Source: Saccharolobus solfataricus P2
Lineage (GTDB): Archaea; Thermoproteota; Thermoprotei_A; Sulfolobales; Sulfolobaceae
Assembly (NCBI RefSeq): GCF_000007005.1
Contig: NC_002754.1
Length of the DNA stretch: 64,000 bases
Reading direction: 5' to 3' (one strand)
The notes below the pieces were generated by a model. That model was not told where the DNA came from. It saw nothing but the letters and a program-made list of their open reading frames with translations, and searched no databases. Position 1 is the stretch's first letter. The number at the start of each line of letters is the position of its first letter. Position numbers and translations under genes: made by a program. Below are positions 1 to 10,869 of the stretch, piece by piece.

Positions 1-819
1 ATGGCTGCTGACTACGCAGTTGAGGTAATAAAGAATTACGGAGTCGACGTAGGTAAGTTGAACATAGTAGATGCTGACGATATAGTTAAGGAGAAAGATT
101 ATTGGGCTCTTGTGATAAAAGTAGCGAAAAACGCTAGTTTAGCCAGAATAAAAAGAGCACTAACAATAATGGGAAGAAGGGCAGAAGAGGCTGAAATAGA
201 TGCATCAAAACTGATATATCCAGCCATGCAAGTTAGTGACATATTTTATCTGGATTTAGACATAGCACTAGGAGGAACAGATCAGAGAAAAGCCCACATG
301 TTAGCAAGAGATGTAGCGGAAAAAATGGGCAAGAAGAAAATAGTATCGATACACACACCACTTTTAGTAGGGCTTCAAGGAGGACAGAGAATGAACATAA
401 CAGAGGGAATGGAAGAAGACGATATACAAGCTGAAATAAAAATGAGTAAATCAAAGCCAGAATCTGCGATCTTCGTTAATGATAGTAGAGAAGATGTGGA
501 AAGAAAAATAATGGGTGCATATTGTCCTAAAGGTGTTGCAGAAAATAATCCAATTCTTCAAATATTAAAGTATATCATATTTCCGCGTTATAATTTTGTA
601 AAGATTGAAAGAGATATTAAATATGGTGGGGACGTTGAATTTAAGGATTACGAGGAATTAGAAAGGACTTATATTGAAGGAAAAATACATCCGATGGATT
701 TAAAGAAGACTACTGCGAGAAAACTAAATGAGATATTAGAACCTATAAGAAAAAGTTTAGAAAAGAAACCCGAGTTCGAGGAAATGATTCAGAAGATATC
801 CAAAAGTGTAACAAGGTAA
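1..819 (+). CDS. tyrS: Tyrosyl-tRNA synthetase, C-terminal part (5' end lies outside the window)
   Basis: Class I KMSKS motif, GGTDQRKAH segment, archaeal TyrRS C-terminal IHPMDLK segment. Confidence 0.93.
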   Translation: MAADYAVEVIKNYGVDVGKLNIVDADDIVKEKDYWALVIKVAKNASLARIKRALTIMGRRAEEAEIDASKLIYPAMQVSDIFYLDLDIALGGTDQRKAHMLARDVAEKMGKKKIVSIHTPLLVGLQGGQRMNITEGMEEDDIQAEIKMSKSKPESAIFVNDSREDVERKIMGAYCPKGVAENNPILQILKYIIFPRYNFVKIERDIKYGGDVEFKDYEELERTYIEGKIHPMDLKKTTARKLNEILEPIRKSLEKKPEFEEMIQKISKSVTR

Positions 820-826
820 TGTAAAG

Positions 827-2047
827 GTGAGCTTCCAAATGAAATATGATATAAGGTTAAGATTTGAAGTAGAGGGTATAGTCGAAAAAACTGATGTAAT
901 AGGTGCAATATTTGGCCAGACTGAAAACTTATTTGGAGATGAATTCGACCTAAGAGAGTTGCAAGATAAGGGAAGATTGGGAAGGATTATTGTAGAGGTA
1001 AAAACTAAAGGAGGGAAAAGCGAAGGAGAAATAATTATACCATCGAACTTAGACAGAATTGAGACCGCATTAATTGCTGCAATGGTTGAAAGTGTAGATA
1101 AGGTAGGACCATACAATTCAAAATTTGAGCTTATAGAAATAGAAGACATTAGAGCTGAGAAACTTAAAAAAATCATAGAAAGAGCAAAGGGAATTTTGTC
1201 AAGCTGGAGTAAAGAGAAATCACTGGACATAAAGGAAGTAATAAATGAGATAAGTAGCGCAGTAAAGGTAGGGGAAATAACAGAATATGGACCAGAAAGA
1301 TTACCCGCAGGCCCAGACGTGGACAAGGATCCTAATTTAATAATAGTAGAAGGAAGAGCTGATGTAATAAATCTACTCAGATATGGCTACAAAAACGTAA
1401 TAGCAGTAGAAGGAGCCACGTCAAGGATACCGGAAACACTAATTAACTTATCTAAGATGAAGAAGACAGTAATAGCGTTTTTAGACGGAGACCACGGTGG
1501 AGATCTGATACTCAAAGAATTATTAAGTAATAATGTAAAGATAGATTTCGTAGCAAGAGCACCGATTGGCAGAGAGGTAGAAGAACTAACAGGGAAAGAA
1601 ATTGCAAAAGCCCTTTCCAATATGATGCCACTTACTCAATATCTAAAGAAGGTTCAAGAGGCAGAACAAGCAATAGCTAAAAATGTTATTGCAAAAGAAG
1701 AGAAACCAATACAGTCTGAAACTACACAACAAGTAGTCCAGATAACTTTGCCACAAAATATCCTTGAAGAAATCAAGAAACTCCCTGGAACTCTAGAGGG
1801 CGTTCTCTATGATAATAATTGGAATTTGATTGAGAAAGTTCAAGTACGAGATATAATACCTAAGTTAGAGGCTTACGAAGACAATAAAGTAGCTTATATA
1901 ATATTTGATGGGGTAATAACTCAAAGATTATTAGATTTAGCGTCTCAAAAAAACATTAAAATGATAATAGGAGCTAGAATAGGTGGAATAAACAAAAGAC
2001 CGCAAAACGTCGATATATTGACATTTACCGATATTATTTCTTCTTAG
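827..2047 (+). CDS. dnaG: Archaeal DnaG-type primase / exosome-associated protein (likely start ATG 839)
   Basis: N-terminal GAIFGQTE/ELQDKGRLGRI block; TOPRIM motifs VEGRAD and DGDHGG. Confidence 0.92.
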   Translation: MSFQMKYDIRLRFEVEGIVEKTDVIGAIFGQTENLFGDEFDLRELQDKGRLGRIIVEVKTKGGKSEGEIIIPSNLDRIETALIAAMVESVDKVGPYNSKFELIEIEDIRAEKLKKIIERAKGILSSWSKEKSLDIKEVINEISSAVKVGEITEYGPERLPAGPDVDKDPNLIIVEGRADVINLLRYGYKNVIAVEGATSRIPETLINLSKMKKTVIAFLDGDHGGDLILKELLSNNVKIDFVARAPIGREVEELTGKEIAKALSNMMPLTQYLKKVQEAEQAIAKNVIAKEEKPIQSETTQQVVQITLPQNILEEIKKLPGTLEGVLYDNNWNLIEKVQVRDIIPKLEAYEDNKVAYIIFDGVITQRLLDLASQKNIKMIIGARIGGINKRPQNVDILTFTDIISS

Positions 2048-4328
2048 AAGCTCCAAATAAGTCTAGTATATCAGTTATATTAGTTTTTTTCAAACTTTCC
2101 TCATTTACTCCTAAAGGCTTGAGTAGCTTTAGGGTTTCTCTAAATATCTGATCAACGTAATATTCAATATCTATTCTGTTTTTCTCTTTTACAAGAAAGA
2201 AAGGTTCAGCGCGGTCATTTAGAGGGCCAAGACCTTTTACAATAACATAACCTATTTTCGAATCTTTAGATATTAAATAGCCAGATTGAATGGCCTTTCT
2301 CGCAGCAGTTACAAAAGGTAACTGATTATTATATTCGTTGAGATCTCTTTCTATCTTCGCCCAAGTTATTAATTCTTCATTATCAAATTCCCCTCTCCTT
2401 AACTTGATTACCGTAGATTTAACTAGCTTTATCGCTTTCTTAACGTCTTTGCTAATTAATATCTCCTCTATAATCTTTCTTTTTATATTCCTAGCTAATT
2501 CACAAAGATTCATATCCTCTTCCCCTTTTCTAGCAATATCTATCTTATCTCCCTCCGATAGCCCCGCATATCTATTATTATCTAAGACCAATAATGATTT
2601 GTAAAATATTTTTACCTTAACGTCTAGATTATATAAGCTATTTATCTTAGTTATTAACTCATTTACTTTATCTCTAGATCCGCCTGTCACAAATATTAAA
2701 AGGTCATTAGCTAAAATCACATCTAAACCTGAACTTTTAATTAGATCTATAATGAATCTAATTATTTCATTACTAAATTCATCAAAAGCACTGGCAATTT
2801 CTCTCGAATACCATCTTGCATTTACCCAATGAACATAATCATTAAATGACGATATTAACTCTTCAATAACCTTTATTTTGTTAGAATCTCGAACATTACT
2901 TAACTCATCTAAAAATGTCTTGTAAAGGCCAGACGGTTCTCTCTTAAATTTGTAATTAGAAATTGGGGAACTATAACAATCATCGCACTGCTCTTTGACT
3001 AAAGTATCTGGAGCTATATTAAATTTTCTTATCACTAATGAATAAACTGAAGATATATCAAGAACATAAACATCAGTATAGATACCAACTTTTGGTTGAA
3101 TAATTATATTCTTTTTTATTTTTGAAGGACGGTTAGGATTATCCATTCGAATAGGAATTAATTCCCCAGATTTTGTAGCAGTCCTTATTAGTGAAGTCTC
3201 TATTCTATTTCCCCAACTAGCTACTGATAATTTATCTAAAGGTAGACCAACTATCTTAACTAGTTCACTATAGGTAGATAGTAGATAGTTACCTAATAAA
3301 TATATTGATCTAGCGTTTTCTATACTATATTCTCTAATAATTCTTCTATTCTTCTCGTTATCCCAATATCTAGAAATTTCATACCACTTAAAAGAGTAAC
3401 GACTAGGAGATATACCTAAATAATTACTTACGTCGATTAAATCTACATGTCCTAATGACCTTTCATTTACTAGTAAACCAGTTAAATCTACATTAAGCCT
3501 TCCAGAAATCGAGTAGTGTCCATAAGTACCCACACTTACCTCAGAACCTATTTTCCTTCCTATATCTATTTTTACTCCTAATGAACTAGCTCTTTCTGTA
3601 ATATATTTCCAGGGAAGGAGATCTGAATCATATACAAATATTATATCAGGATCATAATTTAATATGTAGTCAACGAATCTCCTTATAATTTTGAGATCGT
3701 CTATACCTTCATCTAAACTAAACTGCATAGGACCTTCCTTGCTCCATAAACTCATAACTACTATCGGATCTTTTCTAGGATTTAACGAGCCATATTTACT
3801 GTAGATCTGAAAATCGACTCCAATAGTTCTTAATTCTGGCATATTACCCTCATAATGTGAAAGAATCTTATCTAAAATGTATGCTTTCTTCGTGCGAAAT
3901 CCATCAAACTTTACTTCATTTACCTCCGCTCTAAACCAAGTAAATGGCCTAAGATCAAAATCTAGTGAATATCTCATAGTATACCTTATATCCGCATCGA
4001 AAATGCCTTTTATATTATTTAGTTCGCTGATTTTTTCTCTACACTTTTTGATTTGAGTAGGCGTGGATGTTTGTATAAGTAAAGCGTCTACAATATTACC
4101 TAAGTATTTCCTTTTAACTTTAGTGATTTGGAGAGCTTCACAATTCTTTTTTATATTCTCAATTATTTCATTCTCATTGCCCTCATATATTATATAAAAA
4201 TATGGTCTAAAATTATTATCTATAACCACACTACTGTTTCCTTCATCATCAACGCTCCAAATGTAAACTAGTGGAGTGTTACCCTTGATTTCATAAGAGA
4301 AATCTAATATAAAGAAATCCTTAATCAT
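2034..4328 (-). CDS. dpo3: Family B DNA polymerase B3 (Dpo3-like) with degenerate catalytic motifs
   Basis: PolB architecture (N-terminal RPYFY, exonuclease-like region, thumb GYVIVKG); motifs A, B and C altered; convergent with dnaG. Confidence 0.85.
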   Translation of the reverse strand: MIKDFFILDFSYEIKGNTPLVYIWSVDDEGNSSVVIDNNFRPYFYIIYEGNENEIIENIKKNCEALQITKVKRKYLGNIVDALLIQTSTPTQIKKCREKISELNNIKGIFDADIRYTMRYSLDFDLRPFTWFRAEVNEVKFDGFRTKKAYILDKILSHYEGNMPELRTIGVDFQIYSKYGSLNPRKDPIVVMSLWSKEGPMQFSLDEGIDDLKIIRRFVDYILNYDPDIIFVYDSDLLPWKYITERASSLGVKIDIGRKIGSEVSVGTYGHYSISGRLNVDLTGLLVNERSLGHVDLIDVSNYLGISPSRYSFKWYEISRYWDNEKNRRIIREYSIENARSIYLLGNYLLSTYSELVKIVGLPLDKLSVASWGNRIETSLIRTATKSGELIPIRMDNPNRPSKIKKNIIIQPKVGIYTDVYVLDISSVYSLVIRKFNIAPDTLVKEQCDDCYSSPISNYKFKREPSGLYKTFLDELSNVRDSNKIKVIEELISSFNDYVHWVNARWYSREIASAFDEFSNEIIRFIIDLIKSSGLDVILANDLLIFVTGGSRDKVNELITKINSLYNLDVKVKIFYKSLLVLDNNRYAGLSEGDKIDIARKGEEDMNLCELARNIKRKIIEEILISKDVKKAIKLVKSTVIKLRRGEFDNEELITWAKIERDLNEYNNQLPFVTAARKAIQSGYLISKDSKIGYVIVKGLGPLNDRAEPFFLVKEKNRIDIEYYVDQIFRETLKLLKPLGVNEESLKKTNITDILDLFGASKKK

Positions 4329-4379
4329 ATATTACTAACTAAATGACTAGCTTTTTAATTTATTCAAAGTTTTTAACAA

Positions 4380-4835
4380 TTAATCCAGATATTTATAATA
4401 TAAATTCTTTACCATCACAAATGCGTGCTTATCTCTTCCATAATAATTCTTACGTACATACATTATAAGATAACCGTTAGCTCGATAAAAGGAAATCGCC
4501 GATAAGTTATTAGTATTGACTTCTAAATACGAATATCTAGCTCCGTTTAGCTTGAATCTCTCCTCAATTTCATTTAGAAGTTTGGCGCCAATGCCTTGTT
4601 TTCTGTATATAGGTTCGACAGCTATTGAGACTATGTGCCCTCTATAGCCATATTGAATTATACCTATTATATATCCAACTACTTTCTCTCTTTGTTTAGC
4701 AACCAAATAAAGTTTATTTGCAAGAAACAAATACGCTCTTAATAATGAATAAGGATAAGGATCTTCGAAACTTTCCGTTTCTATTTGAAAAATCTGATCT
4801 AAATCTGCCTCTGTTGCATCAGTTATAATTACCAT
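4380..4835 (-). CDS. GNAT N-acetyltransferase, RimI/Ard1-like
   Basis: GHIVSIAVEPIYRKQGIG acetyl-CoA motif; LEV..N..AI.FY; YY..G motif. Confidence 0.85.
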   Translation of the reverse strand: MVIITDATEADLDQIFQIETESFEDPYPYSLLRAYLFLANKLYLVAKQREKVVGYIIGIIQYGYRGHIVSIAVEPIYRKQGIGAKLLNEIEERFKLNGARYSYLEVNTNNLSAISFYRANGYLIMYVRKNYYGRDKHAFVMVKNLYYKYLD

Positions 4836-4853
4836 GCTATGAAACTTTAATTT

Positions 4854-5888
4854 GTGAGAATATTAGAATTTGATGAGAAACGCCAAGCTGTCAAATTACA
4901 TATAGAGTCAGAAGACGATTTATGGCTTTTACATTTAATTTTGGAAAAAGATGATAAAGTTGTAGCAAAAACTACGAGAGACGTGGGATTAGGAAAAGAG
5001 AGTAGAAGAATACCTATGACCATTATCCTTAAAGTAGATTACACGGAGTTTCAAGAGTTCACAAATAGATTACGAATTCATGGAATAATAGAAGATGCGC
5101 CTGAAAGATTTGGAATAAAGGGGGCTCATCATACAATTAATTTAGATATAGGAGACGAGATTATCATTATAAAACAGCAATGGAATAAGTATGTGTTAGA
5201 TAGGCTTAAGAGACAAGCTAATAAGAGAAGCAGAATAATAATTGCGTTAGTGGACTTTGACGAATATCTAATTGCAATACCGTTTGAACAAGGGATAAAG
5301 ATCCTTTCAGAGAAATCATTAAGACCATTAAATGAGGAAGAAGGAATAATAGAGCAAAATGCATTAGAGATTGCAACGGAGCTTGCAGAGTACGTAAAGC
5401 AATATGATCCTGATGCTATACTATTAGCTGGACCAGGATTCTTTAAAGAAGAAGTAAGTAAAAAGGTAAATGCTATTTTAAAGAATAAGAAGATTTACAT
5501 CGATAGCGTATCATCTGCTACTAGAGCGGGACTTCATGAGGTTCTAAAGAGAGATATAATAGACAAGATAATGACAGATTATGAGATTGCGATTGGAGCT
5601 AAGAAAATGGAAAAAGCTATGGAACTCTTGGCTAAGCAGCCAGAACTAGTAACCTATGGCTTAGAGCAAGTAAAGAATGCTATTGAAATGGGTGCTGTAG
5701 AAACTGTTTTAGTGATTGAAGACCTATTATCCTCAGATGAACAAGAGAGGCTAACAATCGAAAGAATGCTTGAAGATATAGAAAATAAGAGGGGGGAGGT
5801 AATATTAGTACCTAAAGAATCACCAATCTATTTTGAATTAAAAAATCTTACTGGGATATTAGCTATTCTTAGATTTAGAATAAATTAG
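4854..5888 (+). CDS. pelA: Pelota/Dom34 ribosome rescue factor
   Basis: [22 protein letters not shown]; eRF1-like domains 2 and 3. Confidence 0.92.
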
Positions 5889-6911
5889 CTTCTCTCCTAC
5901 TCTTAATCTTCGGGAATCAGGATGTTCTTCAACTATATAAATTTCATTTATTAAATTAGTGTAATCATTTAGAAGATCTCCGACAATACTTGGCGATATA
6001 GAGTACTCATCTGAACCAGTGGACTCACCAAAATTTTCCAGAATAGGAATTTCGCCTTTAGTCTTAACTATTGCTCTTACTACTGTAGCTTCATTAGTAT
6101 ACTCCTCATAGGGTTTTGAACTATATTTGATTATTCTAAAAAATCTAGTTCTAGTTTCGACAAGATCTTTATAGATAGAACTACAATAATGAACGGTAAT
6201 TTTTTTATTATCTTCAAATTTTTTCAGAACATCCAAGGCAGTTTCAAAACTACCTTCTACACCAGTTATTCCATGTTTTGCATGAAATCCTTTACTATTT
6301 AGATTTAAATAATTCCTAGAATTCAGCTCTAGCTCGTTCAAATTTACAAACTTAACATTATTTTCCTCAGCCCATTTAATTAATCTAACTATTTTATCCT
6401 TCTCGTTCGGAATAGCCGGTAATTCTAAACCTATATCAATATCGTACTTTAATGCAACCTTTACCGCATTTAGATACAATTCCTTTACTGGATGAAAACG
6501 CATCTCATCTAACCCTGCATTGACTAATTCCCTCATTATATCGTCATTAACATAACGTCCAGTAGTGTAAAGATGAATATGAAAATCATACCCAAATTCA
6601 TTTTTTAACTCCTCAATAATCTCGATTACTCTACCTATTTCGAGAATAGGATCACCGCCAGTTATTCCTGCACCTAAAGCTTTCATCCTATACGCCTCAT
6701 ATATAACGTCCATAGAGTTATTTACTTCAGTTTCATTTGCAAATATCTTATTTTTTCCAAATCTATCATCACTTACTGGACAATAATAACAGTTATCATC
6801 ACATTCGCCTGTGATAAAGAGCACTAATTTCCCTCCTAATCTACAGAGTTCACATCCTTTAGGTAATTTCCCAGTATACAGTCCTATCTCTGGATTTCCT
6901 ATAATGGTCAA
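5859..6911 (-). CDS. Radical SAM protein
   Basis: CDDNCYYC (CxxxCxxC), ITGGDP, additional N-terminal CELC. Confidence 0.85.
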
Positions 6912-7437
6912 TTAACTCATCTATCTTTCTAATGACATTCACGTTTTTAATTTCTTCTCTTATCGTCTCTAACTGCCTAATTCCCTCATCACTATTAATG
7001 GGCTTGTTTGCTTGTAACTTAGGAAAACCCTCGTTGCCACCCTCTGGAAAATACCAATCTTTAAACCAAGTGAAACCTGCTGATAACAGTGAAAAACCTA
7101 AAGGAGTCTCAACAGGATGTTTCCCTATATAAAGCCTTTCACGGGTTTCATTGTCCCTAATATAAGTTACAAATAGTTTGCCTCCTGGAGAAAGGAAGTT
7201 ATATACGACTTTGAAAAAAATTACCTCCAGATTTTCATTTCTTAGAATAGGATAATAGTCTATCTCTAGCCAAGGAGTATAGTAATCCCTGCCTTTAAAG
7301 TAATTACATTTCCCTATTTGTCTACCGTTGCTTAATAGAAGATCAAATGACACAAGTTCTTTTATATGAGTATTTTTCAAATTTCTTACTTCTAACTTAT
7401 AGAATGCACTAAGATTTACTCCATTAAGTTCAGACAT
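6859..7437 (-). CDS. Conserved archaeal protein, DUF1122-like
   Basis: FKGRDYYTPWLE and GFTWFKDWYFPEGGNEG..KLQA blocks typical of the family. Confidence 0.7.
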   Translation of the reverse strand: MSELNGVNLSAFYKLEVRNLKNTHIKELVSFDLLLSNGRQIGKCNYFKGRDYYTPWLEIDYYPILRNENLEVIFFKVVYNFLSPGGKLFVTYIRDNETRERLYIGKHPVETPLGFSLLSAGFTWFKDWYFPEGGNEGFPKLQANKPINSDEGIRQLETIREEIKNVNVIRKIDELIDHYRKSRDRTVYWEIT

Positions 7438-7993
7438 CTACCATCCTCTTGAAAAATTTATTGGACTTGTACATCTTATTAAACGCATCATAAATACTTT
7501 CGTTGCCGCCCAAATCGTATCTCAAAAATACGCCAGTATGTCCTCGTTCCATCCTCCTCGCCAATAACCTTTTCCTTTCCATTATTGTCTCTAATGAAAT
7601 CTTAAGAAGTTTTGAAGCATAATCCTCATTTCCTTCTAATGGAATCTCCATATGGCCATTTTCAGTAGGGATAATTAACATTAGTTTTTTGTTAACGCCA
7701 GGAACGCGTTCATTTTTTGAGAGACCTTTTAAATCTACTAACCCACCAAATGAATAAAACTCAATCTCATTTCTCCTTAATCTGCCTAATGGAAATGATA
7801 TAACTATAGTCTCTTCCTCATCTAACGATAGATAGGCCTTAGGTACGGAGTTAGGTGTAGCTTGAATAAGATACTTATGATTTACGTTTAGCGTATCCAA
7901 TACGATTTGATTAGGATTAAATACTATGATATCTACGTCACTTTTTTCATTCACATCCCCTCGAGCTACAGAGCCATAAACGTATCCTTCCAT
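7430..7993 (-). CDS. Minimal nucleotidyltransferase family protein (COG2413-like); true N-terminus probably further upstream
   Basis: YGSVARGDV...SDVDI motif; frame stays open 33 codons upstream of the ATG. Confidence 0.75.
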   Translation of the reverse strand: MEGYVYGSVARGDVNEKSDVDIIVFNPNQIVLDTLNVNHKYLIQATPNSVPKAYLSLDEEETIVISFPLGRLRRNEIEFYSFGGLVDLKGLSKNERVPGVNKKLMLIIPTENGHMEIPLEGNEDYASKLLKISLETIMERKRLLARRMERGHTGVFLRYDLGGNESIYDAFNKMYKSNKFFKRMVDV

Positions 7994-8053
7994 TCCGTAT
8001 TGTTTTAAAAGTGAAAGGATTTCAATTGCTATCTTTCTCTTCTCATTTAAAAC

Positions 8054-9214
8054 TTGCCAATGACGATCACTATACTCTATTTGGACATCTTTTTAATTTC
8101 TAAATACATTATTAGATTTGTGGATCAAATATACTTAGCTGTAGCGTTATTCCTATCTTTTTGGTTGATTATCTATGTTTTTAGAAGAAGACTAGAGAAA
8201 TATAACCTAACAGTCTACCCATTTTTCATATTATGGAGAAAAAAATCAAGGGAATATTGGTTTCCTAAGTTCTCCAGATCCAAAGGCTATAGAGCTTATG
8301 AAAAAATTGCTCTACCAATAGGTTTCTTACTTATGATAGCAGGGATCGTTACAATATTATATATAATAATAGAAATGCTAACCATCAAACCAAATCAAAC
8401 TCCTACAATAGCATTAAAACCAATAATTCCAGGGGTGACGATAAGCATCTCTCAGTTACCCTACATATTACTAGCTATTGGAGTTTCAGTAGCGATACAT
8501 GAAATTTTCCACGCATTGTCCGCCACATCAAATAATGTAAAAGTTAAAAATGGAGGAGTTCTATTACTTGGAATATTCCCTGGAGCATTCGTAGAACCAG
8601 ATGAAGATGATTTTAATAAATCTACAAGTAATGCAAAACTTAAAATAATCGCTGCAGGAATAGTAATTAACCTAGTCTTAGCACTAATTGCACTTCCATT
8701 ATCCTTTGAACTTCCATATTTACCTTCAGCACTCTCGCAAGGGATAATAATAGAAGGTGTGCTTAATAATACACCAGCAGCCAACGCATCACTTCATACC
8801 GGAGATATAATATATTCCATAAATGGTTATCGTTTAACGACATTATCTCAGCTTCATGAACTTCTTTACAACTACAGCACTATCACTATAACTCTGAAAC
8901 ATCCTAATGGGAGTTTAAGTAATGTAAGTGTTAACATTCCTAATCATTTCTTAGGAGTTTATGTCACATACTATATTCCAGATTATATAGCTGCAATTTT
9001 AATGTTCTTCACATGGTTATTTATAGTGAATTTTAGCTTAGCTGTATTCAATGCCGCTCCACTAATAATAACTGATGGTGGAAAACTCCTAACTGAATTA
9101 TTAAAGAGAATGCTAGGCGAGAGCAACGGCGAAAAAATTTCATATTACTTGCAGTCACTATTCCTTTTGATCTTTATATTCGCAATATTTCTATCTAATC
9201 GTCCTCTAGGATAA
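8054..9214 (+). CDS. Site-2 protease (M50) with PDZ domain; likely start GTG 8120
   Basis: HEIFH (HExxH), FNAAP..ITDGG, PDZ-like [13 protein letters not shown], several TM segments. Confidence 0.88.
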   Translation: MPMTITILYLDIFLISKYIIRFVDQIYLAVALFLSFWLIIYVFRRRLEKYNLTVYPFFILWRKKSREYWFPKFSRSKGYRAYEKIALPIGFLLMIAGIVTILYIIIEMLTIKPNQTPTIALKPIIPGVTISISQLPYILLAIGVSVAIHEIFHALSATSNNVKVKNGGVLLLGIFPGAFVEPDEDDFNKSTSNAKLKIIAAGIVINLVLALIALPLSFELPYLPSALSQGIIIEGVLNNTPAANASLHTGDIIYSINGYRLTTLSQLHELLYNYSTITITLKHPNGSLSNVSVNIPNHFLGVYVTYYIPDYIAAILMFFTWLFIVNFSLAVFNAAPLIITDGGKLLTELLKRMLGESNGEKISYYLQSLFLLIFIFAIFLSNRPLG

Positions 9215-10679
9215 CCTTACTACTTATCATGGGGAAAGGAATAACTTCTTTGATACTGTAATTATTTGTTACTAACATAACTATTCTGTCTATACCAATA
9301 CCTAAACCTCCAGTGGGTGGCATTCCATAACTTAAGGCTCTTACAAAATCCTTATCGTAAGGATGAGCCTCCTCGTCTCCTCTTCTGAACATCTCTTGTT
9401 CTTCTCTAAATAATTTATCTTGCAATATAGGGTCGTTCAACTCCGTGTATGCGTTTGCAACCTCCATACCAGCTATGAACATCTCAAATCTTTCGACTAG
9501 TCCCGGTTTATTCCTATGTGGTTTACAAAGTGGTGTAGTCTCTATTGGGTAATCAGTAATGAAGGTTGGGTTAGTTAAGGTGGGTGTGACTAGTTTATCG
9601 AACAATTTCTCTATCATCAACCCTCTAACATACTGGTTTCCTCTTGGAGTTAGATTGTATTTTTTCATTAACTCCTTAAGCTCATTGTCACTCATACTTT
9701 CAACATCCTTACCTAAAATTTCAGATAAAGAATCATACATACTAATTCTCTTGAACGGACCTTCAAAGTCTATTTCGTACTTTCCATATACTATTTTTGT
9801 ACTATTTGTAACCTTCTTGACTACACTCTTAAGTAGATCTTCAGTTAAATTCATTATATCGTTGTAATCGGCGTATGCCCAATAGAGCTCTAAGAGAGTA
9901 AACTCAGGATTATGAGTTACATCGATATCTTCATTTCTAAATACCTTACCTATCTCGAAAACTTTGTTAAATCCACCTATTATATACCTTTTTAGGTATA
10001 ATTCTAATGCTATTCTTAAGTACCAATCTTCATTTAAGTAATTTACATGTGTTTTAAAAGGTTTCGCTAATGCCCCACCATATACTGGTTGAACTATTGG
10101 CGTTTCAACTTCAATAAAGCCTTTGGAATAAAGAAACTCCCTAATTTCTCTTATAATTGTATACCTTATTTCCATAGCCTTCCTCGCATTATCGTTATAG
10201 AGGAAATCCACATATCTATGCGCATATCTAAATTCTGGGGAAAGCTTTGACCAATCTGGAGGTTCTATAAGGGCTTTCGATAGTAGTTGGTAATCCTTTA
10301 CAAGGAGGCTTAACTCACCTTTCATCGTATAAAACAAATCACCTTTTACACCTATTATATCCCCTCTTCCAACATATATAAAGAATTTATCATATTTTTC
10401 TTTAAGTTCGTCAACTCTCATATATAATTGCAATTTCTCACCTTCATCAAATATATCTACAAAGGATGCCTTTCCATGCCTTCTTATATTAGCGACGCGT
10501 CCTGCTGTAGATATGTTAAACATGAACGGCTCATGGGATTTATTACCTTGTGATTTGGCAATTAGCTTAATATCTTTAATCAGATGAGTTACTTCGTATT
10601 TATGAGGATATGGCTCAATGCCATTTTTTCTTAATTCTTCAACGATTTTTACTCTTCTTTCGTCCCAATTCATCAACAA
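9195..10679 (-). CDS. lysS: Lysyl-tRNA synthetase, class II
   Basis: OB-fold anticodon domain; FRNEDID.THNPEFT motif 2; [14 protein letters not shown] motif 3. Confidence 0.95.
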   Translation of the reverse strand: MLMNWDERRVKIVEELRKNGIEPYPHKYEVTHLIKDIKLIAKSQGNKSHEPFMFNISTAGRVANIRRHGKASFVDIFDEGEKLQLYMRVDELKEKYDKFFIYVGRGDIIGVKGDLFYTMKGELSLLVKDYQLLSKALIEPPDWSKLSPEFRYAHRYVDFLYNDNARKAMEIRYTIIREIREFLYSKGFIEVETPIVQPVYGGALAKPFKTHVNYLNEDWYLRIALELYLKRYIIGGFNKVFEIGKVFRNEDIDVTHNPEFTLLELYWAYADYNDIMNLTEDLLKSVVKKVTNSTKIVYGKYEIDFEGPFKRISMYDSLSEILGKDVESMSDNELKELMKKYNLTPRGNQYVRGLMIEKLFDKLVTPTLTNPTFITDYPIETTPLCKPHRNKPGLVERFEMFIAGMEVANAYTELNDPILQDKLFREEQEMFRRGDEEAHPYDKDFVRALSYGMPPTGGLGIGIDRIVMLVTNNYSIKEVIPFPMISSKVILEDD

Positions 10680-10730
10680 TTAGATAGGTCGGCAGAAATT
10701 AAAGCCTATCTTCTCTCTCGTTTAGATGTA

Positions 10731-10869
10731 TGGGCCCGGCGGGACTCGAACCCGCGACCACTGGGTCTCTCCTCTCCAGATACACTTCATCCCCATAAAG
10801 GGTCTTAAGACCCAATGTCTAGCATTAATATCTGGAGCCCAGTACTCTACCTGGCTAAGCTACGGGCCC
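10731..10869 (-). tRNA. tRNA-Trp(CCA) with 65-nt intron at 37/38 (10767-10831)
   Basis: Cloverleaf GGGCCCG...CGGGCCCA; anticodon arm CTGGG-CTCCAG|A-CCCAG; T-loop TTCGAGT; BHB central helix CUCC/GGAG; 139 nt = 74 + 65. Confidence 0.95.
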
